Positions 26,128 through 30,898 of a stretch of DNA of 30,898 nt are shown here, piece after piece. The stretch lies in the IMG/VR virus record IMGVR_UViG_3300038974_000510, positions 1 to 30,898 of that record; one strand, given 5' to 3'. The stretch is from a virus. Lineage: Duplodnaviria > Caudoviricetes. Position numbers and translations under genes: made by a program. The notes beneath the pieces were generated by a model that did no database searches, was not told the DNA's origin, and worked only from the letters and a program-made list of their open reading frames with translations. Every line of letters begins with the position of its first letter. Within the stretch, counting starts at the first letter, position 1.

Positions 26128-26623
26128 TATAGTAGTATTATTCCGCCTGTTGGAACAGGTCCTTTTTTGCGGGATGACAGCAGCTGGGAAAGCCCGTATG
26201 TTAGATAACATGATCAAGCTAAAGCCAATGTTTAGAGAGTATCACGACGCTATGGAGATCGCAAAAGAAAAGTACCGCTTTGCCGGCTTTGATGAAGATG
26301 CTGAGAAGATGGAACTTGACCGGTTGGCCCGTGATACAAAAACAGAAGACGGAAAGCTGTCGGCAAGAGAAAAGTATGAGATAGGCAAGCGTTTTGAAAA
26401 GTACCAAAAAGAGGTATCCGTGATTGAAAAAGAACGCTTGGAGATGGAATATCCTGTCGAACTTGCCAAGATTGACAAGGAAGATATGGAGGCTCTTTTT
26501 GAAGCTAACGAACGGTATTTAAACGGCCAGCAGTTGCTGATGTTGAAGGAGTATTTCTCAATAAAACCGGAGAACCATGATCGCGCCAATCGTCGCAAGT
26601 CAAAGGCCAATAATAGCCGTTAG
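26114..26623 (+). CDS. Hypothetical charged helical protein (tail module)
   Basis: 169 aa; overlaps both neighbours. Confidence 0.55.
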   Translation: MKANDIVVLFRLLEQVLFCGMTAAGKARMLDNMIKLKPMFREYHDAMEIAKEKYRFAGFDEDAEKMELDRLARDTKTEDGKLSAREKYEIGKRFEKYQKEVSVIEKERLEMEYPVELAKIDKEDMEALFEANERYLNGQQLLMLKEYFSIKPENHDRANRRKSKANNSR

Positions 26624-26969
26624 TATTAACGGTAAGGCTGCATATATGTTGGTAGATACGGGTGCCAGTATGGGCCTTTTGGATGCCAATATATCGAGAG
26701 AATATGGATTCACAAAGGGGCAGTCTTACGCGGGTCAGGTGGTCGGTGTTGGTGGCGAATCTTCCGGGATGTGGCATACAAAAAAACTGATCGTTGATAT
26801 TGTTGGCGTTCCGTTGGTTCAATTCCTGACTACTGACCTGAACGGAATAGTTCGGTCTATTGAGCGGGAAACCGGCTATAAGATAGCTGGCATAATTGGC
26901 TATCCGCAGGCAAAGGCGGCTGAAATGAAACTCATGTTGGATGAGGGCTATATTTTAATTGGAAATTAA
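26577..26969 (+). CDS. Retropepsin-like (clan AA) aspartic protease
   Basis: INGKAAYMLVDTGASMGLLD catalytic motif, flap VVGVGG, C-terminal AGIIG. Confidence 0.85.
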   Translation: MIAPIVASQRPIIAVSINGKAAYMLVDTGASMGLLDANISREYGFTKGQSYAGQVVGVGGESSGMWHTKKLIVDIVGVPLVQFLTTDLNGIVRSIERETGYKIAGIIGYPQAKAAEMKLMLDEGYILIGN

Positions 26970-26998
26970 ACAGCCTTTAAGGCATAAATAAATTTATT

Positions 26999-29551
26999 AT
27001 GGTAGACATAAAAAGAGAGGGCAGCCAGGTGGTTTATACCGGTGCCGACAATTTGAAAAAGAAGTACGGCGCTTCTGCGGTCACAAAAGTGGAAGCCTAC
27101 AAAGAGAATGACGTACACTGCATCCGTGTAGAGGCGGGCGCAGAGAGTGTTTACAATGGCCCTATGTCGAATGTTACAATCGGAGGAGTACAGCTTGCTC
27201 CTGAGAACTTCGATGAGTTGACAACAGATTTAAACGGCGCGACGGGTGGTGGGGTGGCGGAAAGTCCAGACAAGGGAAAATTTGAAACTTTAGAGGAGTT
27301 GCAAGCCGCATATCCAGAACCAAGCCCCGGCTGGACGGCAGGTGTTGGTTCTCCCGCAATACTTTACGATGTAGTTGCGGGGGCTTGGAACAATACCGGC
27401 GAAGAATACAAAACCATCAACACGGACAATCTTGTAGAGAAGGAAGAATTCCTTCAATTTCAGCAAGAAGTGAATGTTCGAATTGATGCACTCGAAGGTC
27501 AGGTTTCTGAAACTTTCTGGGCGTGCCCCGACATGGAAAGCATACCCGACGAAGACACATTAACGTATGAGCAAGACGGTGAAACTATTGCGTTTGCAAT
27601 AGGCGGCGAAGCGCGTATTTTCGATACCGAAAAAGAAGAGTATGTTTTTTACAAACTCTATGACATTGCAGACGGTAAAGCTACATGGAAAATATCATGT
27701 TCGGGAGGAGAGCAGATAACTATAAAGCTAATCAGTAATCAGGCGCAACCCGATACCGAATTGGTAGGAGCGGAAATAACCGTTGAAATTGGAGGGGTTA
27801 CAGACGTTTACACATGGAATGGTACTGATATAAAACTGAGTTTAGTTCCATCGACAGAATGCCGGGTTTCCGTATCAAAGATTGATGGATATTCGCAGCC
27901 CGCTGAGCAAGTTTTCACTACAGGTATTTCCAGCGTCCGAAACATTGAGTTTGCGTACAATTGTTGCGTATTAACAGTTGATTTCACCAGTAACCAAACA
28001 GACAAAACAGACATTGCAAATGCTACAGCTACAGTAAACTATGGTACAACTACCAAAACTTTGCACGATACGGATAATGTTCTAAAGGTTCCTCATGGAG
28101 AAACAATATCCATAACCTACTCTGATGTGACAGGGTATAAACCCCCATCAGCGGTTAATAAGGTATTCACTGCAGCAAATGAGACACAGGTTGCAACATG
28201 GCAAACTGAAATGCTAAATATTACGGTATCAGCTGACAATTCTGCCAGCATGAACGGGCAGATTGTGACTGTTAAAGAGGGATCTACTGTATTGCTTAAT
28301 CAAGCATGGGCTGGTAGTGTTATTTCATTAAAAGTACCTTTTGGAACTTCTTACGTTGTTAGTTGTGACGAAAGAGTAGGATTTACGATGCCTGAATTGC
28401 AGACCTATACGGCAAACACACCTACCCGACCGGTAACGATGCAATACGAAAAAATCACGACGAATTACATAATAATAGACCAAACTATCACAGACCCGGC
28501 AACAATGATTTCCGGCGATGTAAACGGATATATTATTCAATGGATTCGTAATAATTCACATCGCTATCTCGGCAAATATACAGCAGATGGGGAAATGACT
28601 ATTTGCCAGTTGAGCGATGCGGATGGGACAAAATATGCAGAAGGCACAACAGCTGTTCTTGACGGAACAGAGGGCGATGTTTGGATGAAGCTTCCACGAT
28701 TTTTCTACCATGCGGAAGAAATCGAAACGGATGTTTGGAAAATAGGATTCGGACTCGAAAAAGTAGATAATACTTGGAAAGAATGGGACGGGAATGACCT
28801 TATCGGAGCATACGAGGCGTACAATTCAAGCTCTAAAGCCTACTCACGTTCGGGTGTAACTTCAACTCCAAGCGTTTCGCAAGAGAATTGGAAAACCTAT
28901 GCCCGTGCGCGAGGGAGCGGCTACACACTTGTAAAGCACAAGCACCAAAACATAATGGCTTTTCTCTTCTACGCCGAATACGGTAACACGAACTGTCAGG
29001 CTCTTATCGGAGCTGGCACGAGCAGTGACACAAAGGCGACAGGAGCAACCGATGCGCTCGGAATGGAAGACACACAGGCGGCAACCAACGGGAACAGTCA
29101 GTCAATCAACTTTTGGGGGCTTGAAAATTGGTGGGGTAATAAATACGAGTTGCTTGACAATGTTGTAGTCAATCCGGTTTCAGGTAACGGGGTTTGGCGA
29201 GTGACGGAAGATGACGGAACAACGCGCGATGTTCAGGGAGTAGTCACCGGCGGAAATACTCATATCAAAAAATTAGTCATTGGCGAGAATCTCGATGTAG
29301 TCATTAAATCAACCGATGCTGCGACAGATTCAACCGGATATTGTGATACACAATATATATCAACAAGCACCAGCCGTGTGGTCGCTCGGTCGCAAAGCAA
29401 CTCGAATGCGTATGGCGGTGTTGCGTGTGCGAGTGCGTATTACGACTCCTCGGGAGCGCACTCGAGCTACGGTTCTCGGCTTGCCTTCCGGGGAGAAATT
29501 ACGGAAGCGGAAAGCGTAGCGGCATATAATGCAATAGCCGTGACGAACTAA
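26999..29551 (+). CDS. Receptor-binding tail protein: fibre N-terminus, three Ig/PEGA-like repeats, C-terminal C-type-lectin-fold domain of DGR-target type
   Basis: Three ~82-aa beta repeats (about 27710-28456; ...V......GY..P...); GDVWMKLPRF, FWGLENWWGNKYE and terminal RVVARS...GGV...SS...GSRLAF motifs. Confidence 0.8.
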   Translation: MVDIKREGSQVVYTGADNLKKKYGASAVTKVEAYKENDVHCIRVEAGAESVYNGPMSNVTIGGVQLAPENFDELTTDLNGATGGGVAESPDKGKFETLEELQAAYPEPSPGWTAGVGSPAILYDVVAGAWNNTGEEYKTINTDNLVEKEEFLQFQQEVNVRIDALEGQVSETFWACPDMESIPDEDTLTYEQDGETIAFAIGGEARIFDTEKEEYVFYKLYDIADGKATWKISCSGGEQITIKLISNQAQPDTELVGAEITVEIGGVTDVYTWNGTDIKLSLVPSTECRVSVSKIDGYSQPAEQVFTTGISSVRNIEFAYNCCVLTVDFTSNQTDKTDIANATATVNYGTTTKTLHDTDNVLKVPHGETISITYSDVTGYKPPSAVNKVFTAANETQVATWQTEMLNITVSADNSASMNGQIVTVKEGSTVLLNQAWAGSVISLKVPFGTSYVVSCDERVGFTMPELQTYTANTPTRPVTMQYEKITTNYIIIDQTITDPATMISGDVNGYIIQWIRNNSHRYLGKYTADGEMTICQLSDADGTKYAEGTTAVLDGTEGDVWMKLPRFFYHAEEIETDVWKIGFGLEKVDNTWKEWDGNDLIGAYEAYNSSSKAYSRSGVTSTPSVSQENWKTYARARGSGYTLVKHKHQNIMAFLFYAEYGNTNCQALIGAGTSSDTKATGATDALGMEDTQAATNGNSQSINFWGLENWWGNKYELLDNVVVNPVSGNGVWRVTEDDGTTRDVQGVVTGGNTHIKKLVIGENLDVVIKSTDAATDSTGYCDTQYISTSTSRVVARSQSNSNAYGGVACASAYYDSSGAHSSYGSRLAFRGEITEAESVAAYNAIAVTN
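29372..29488 (+). other. DGR-type variable region (VR) with IMH-like 3' end
   Basis: A-free scaffold codons (CGT GTG GTC..CGG TCG..GGC GGT GTT..GGT TCT CGG CTT GCC TTC) alternating with NNC/NNT and NCG codons, as expected from adenine mutagenesis of an AAC/AAT-rich template. Confidence 0.65.
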
Positions 29552-29560
29552 CAAACACTA

Positions 29561-29627
29561 ACCTTGCCCCGAACGGCGATAGGACGCATCCTAATACGCA
29601 GTACTGCGGCAAAGTTTTGGGCAAGGT
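29561..29627. other. Branched inverted-repeat structure downstream of the VR
   Basis: Outer stem ACCTTGCCC/GGGCAAGGT enclosing TAGGA-cgca-TCCTA and the palindrome CGCAGTACTGCG. Confidence 0.65.
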
Positions 29628-29662
29628 AAAGTAAAATATTCATTCACTTAATTAAAATCATA

Positions 29663-30166
29663 ATGGGACAAAGTACAAAAGGAGTTGCACCGTTGGAGTG
29701 TATCAATAAAAAAATAGATAAGTGGCGTGTGCGTTGGAATATCCAACCGGTTGAAGGGAGTGAGGACGCCGTAACATTTGAAGAAAAAGAGTTCTCCCGA
29801 AAACCAACTATTGGACAGATAAAGGAAACTATTGTCAATTGGTTAAATATTCAAGTTGATGAAAAGATTATAGGCGGCTTTTCATGGAGGGATATGTTTG
29901 TTTGGCTGGATAGCTTGAACCAATTCAACTATAAAGCAGCTTATGACCTTTCTCTTCAGCAGCATATCGCAGGTTTGCCTTTCCAAGAAATAAAATTCAA
30001 GTTTGGAACAGATGAACAGCCTGTTTATCATACGTTCAAATCATTTGAGGAAATATCAGAATTTTACTTATCGGCTATTTCTCACATTCAAACGTGTTTG
30101 GCAGAGGGTTGGCAAGAAAAAGATAATATTGATTTATCTCCGTACGAAGAATTATTGAATATCTAA
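29663..30166 (+). CDS. Putative tail fibre assembly chaperone (DUF4376-like)
   Basis: VDEKIIGGFSW...VWLDSLNQFNYKAAYDL...FKFGTDEQPVY pattern; directly after the receptor-binding protein. Confidence 0.6.
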   Translation: MGQSTKGVAPLECINKKIDKWRVRWNIQPVEGSEDAVTFEEKEFSRKPTIGQIKETIVNWLNIQVDEKIIGGFSWRDMFVWLDSLNQFNYKAAYDLSLQQHIAGLPFQEIKFKFGTDEQPVYHTFKSFEEISEFYLSAISHIQTCLAEGWQEKDNIDLSPYEELLNI

Positions 30167-30177
30167 AAAAAAACATC

Positions 30178-30879
30178 ATGAGCGACGAAATAAAAAATTG
30201 TTTAGTGATAAAACTAAAAGGACCGGATGTACCATTCCCGGTTCCTTCAACAATTCCCGATCTATTATCCTGGCACGACTTTTCAGAAAAGACGAATGAG
30301 GATGAGGACAGAGGAATAGTGGCTGATAAGTCCGGCAATAATCGGACATTGATCCTGAATAATAAGTTCACTTATTCCGCAGGGAGTGGGTATGAAAATG
30401 GCGGATTGCAATTTAACGGAATTGATAATTCTGCAAACACAAACCCTGATTTTCTTTATCCTGCTTTCGCAGAATTAGGAGGTTGTACGTTTGTTCTAGT
30501 TTTCGATACGGACGAGAATCCACAGGCAACAGCCACGGCCGGGTTGTTTTTTAAGGGCTGGCCAATATCGGCACAGCTAACACTAAGTAATAGTTCCGGT
30601 CAATGGACGGTTAAATTAAATGGTTCTACTGTGCAGTTGCCGGTTGGGTTCGTGCCATTCGTTGTGACAAGAGATGGAAGAGTGTACGATAAGGACATGA
30701 ATTTATTCACATTCAATCCGGGCACATACGCAGAAGATAACTCCGAAGATATTGTTTTCGGGAAATACTCAGGAACGACATATATGCGCTATAATCACAA
30801 GCACAGCTGTATATATGGAAGGAATCTCAATGAATCGGAAATAATAAGGATTAAAGAATTTTTCTATCCGAGTGTTTAA
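30178..30879 (+). CDS. Concanavalin A/LamG-like beta-sandwich protein (second adhesin candidate)
   Basis: DKSGNNRTL...GGLQFNGIDN...IYGRNLNESEI pattern of LamG-like domains. Confidence 0.6.
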   Translation: MSDEIKNCLVIKLKGPDVPFPVPSTIPDLLSWHDFSEKTNEDEDRGIVADKSGNNRTLILNNKFTYSAGSGYENGGLQFNGIDNSANTNPDFLYPAFAELGGCTFVLVFDTDENPQATATAGLFFKGWPISAQLTLSNSSGQWTVKLNGSTVQLPVGFVPFVVTRDGRVYDKDMNLFTFNPGTYAEDNSEDIVFGKYSGTTYMRYNHKHSCIYGRNLNESEIIRIKEFFYPSV

Positions 30880-30898
30880 ATCTTCAAATCTTGCAAGA

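Larger units (their letters stand above)
1..30898. mobile_element. Mu-like (transposable) prophage with non-contractile tail, Bacteroidota-type; both ends lie outside the window
   Basis: MuA-like transposase plus MuB-like ATPase early module, Mu gp28/gp29/gp30/gpG/gp36-like head genes, tail tube without sheath, tape measure; no host housekeeping genes in the window. Confidence 0.93.

Noticed and set aside
29561-29627. Known riboswitch or ribozyme (c-di-GMP-I-like GGCAAA/GACGCA words, hammerhead, group II intron domain V)
   Set aside because: The conserved words are in the wrong order or missing; kept only as an unassigned structure.
760-30371. Numerous 60-140 aa opposite-strand or alternate-frame ORFs in the supplied track (e.g. 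2159-2461, 7807-8160, 9823-10146, 15894-16328, 19279-19644, 26242-26610)
   Set aside because: They are nested in or largely overlap well-supported genes and have no recognisable motifs; treated as shadow ORFs.
1-30898. tRNA, rRNA, CRISPR array, reverse transcriptase, Mu end repeats
   Set aside because: None was recognisable by eye; intergenic gaps are short and the phage termini lie outside the window.

Overview
The whole window is the internal part of a transposable (Mu-like) prophage, probably from a Bacteroidota host. The host inference rests on Bacteroidota-type TTTG-N19-TAnnTTTG promoters, AT-rich leaders without Shine-Dalgarno motifs, and Bacteroidales-type phage gene families. The + strand early operon encodes a Ner/Cro-like HTH, a MuA-like transposase, a MuB-like ATPase, a second ATPase, DUF3164-like, ASCH-like and HAD proteins, and a Tad2/DUF2829-like anti-defence protein. 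It is followed by a stand-alone tyrosine recombinase and a small putative late regulator. A - strand block holds the terminase, portal, head-morphogenesis and neck genes. A divergent + strand block holds the Clp protease-scaffold, capsid, siphovirus-type tail tube, chaperones, tape measure and tail/receptor-binding genes. The phage ends, repressor and lysis genes are not visible. The most notable sequence-level observations are: (1) an apparent programmed -1 frameshift (U UUU UUC, 5-nt spacer, GC hairpin) fusing the portal to a minor head (MuF/gp7-like) ORF that lacks a start codon; (2) a DGR-type variable region at the end of the receptor-binding protein, with no template repeat or reverse transcriptase in the window; (3) an unannotated 30-aa antisense membrane peptide before the tape measure gene; (4) a QLNLF motif lying in frame just behind a TGA stop. 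All family assignments come from motif recognition, not database searches.
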